DNA of 62,686 nt, taken from Vicugna vicugna. Its lineage: Eukaryota. Of this stretch, positions 62,561 through 62,686 are shown in pieces (position 1 is the first letter of the stretch; the number at the start of each line of letters is the position of its first letter). The notes beneath the pieces were generated by a model, which had not been told where the DNA came from, did no database searches, and saw only the letters and a list, made by a program, of their open reading frames with translations. The position numbers and the translations under genes are program-made. Location of the stretch: positions 1 to 62,686 of the forward strand of contig MU058478.1 of assembly GCA_013265495.1 (NCBI GenBank). Direction: 5' to 3'.

Positions 62561-62686
62561 ATGATTACTTTTCCTTAAAAGAAGTATGCATTTCATGAAA
62601 CCTTTTCTGCGTGAGAAATCGCGGATGTCTATCACATGGAGAAACTTAAAACTTACGTACTTAGGGGAGAGCATTCATGACATGAG

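Overview
This is AT-rich mammalian non-coding DNA from a gapped draft assembly with five N-runs. It is most likely camelid, inferred from three tRNA-derived SINEs with the tail AAATAAACCTAATTACC (vic-1-like) and matching young L1 3' ends. I can support no protein-coding gene, RNA gene or CRISPR array: the listed ORFs trace to N-runs, microsatellites, decayed L1/ERV sequence or chance. The window holds many 5'-truncated L1s, older L1M/L2/MIR relics, MER5/MER20 DNA transposons, several solo ERV LTRs with TG..CA ends and 4-bp target-site duplications (TSDs), and a decayed ERV-L 5' end (MLT2 LTR plus gag). Four observations stand out: a solo LTR whose U3 carries a 15-monomer minisatellite organised as a 3 x 130-bp higher-order repeat (38391-38778); a ~3.4-kb mosaic of six short segments, each present twice in scrambled order (57141-60544); a MER41-like LTR whose STAT site has N4 rather than N3 spacing; and a solo LTR with a triplicated NF-Y box. 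I see no convincing evidence of a wholly new biological system. Repeat-family names come from recall of consensus sequences, not from a search, and boundaries without TSDs are approximate.
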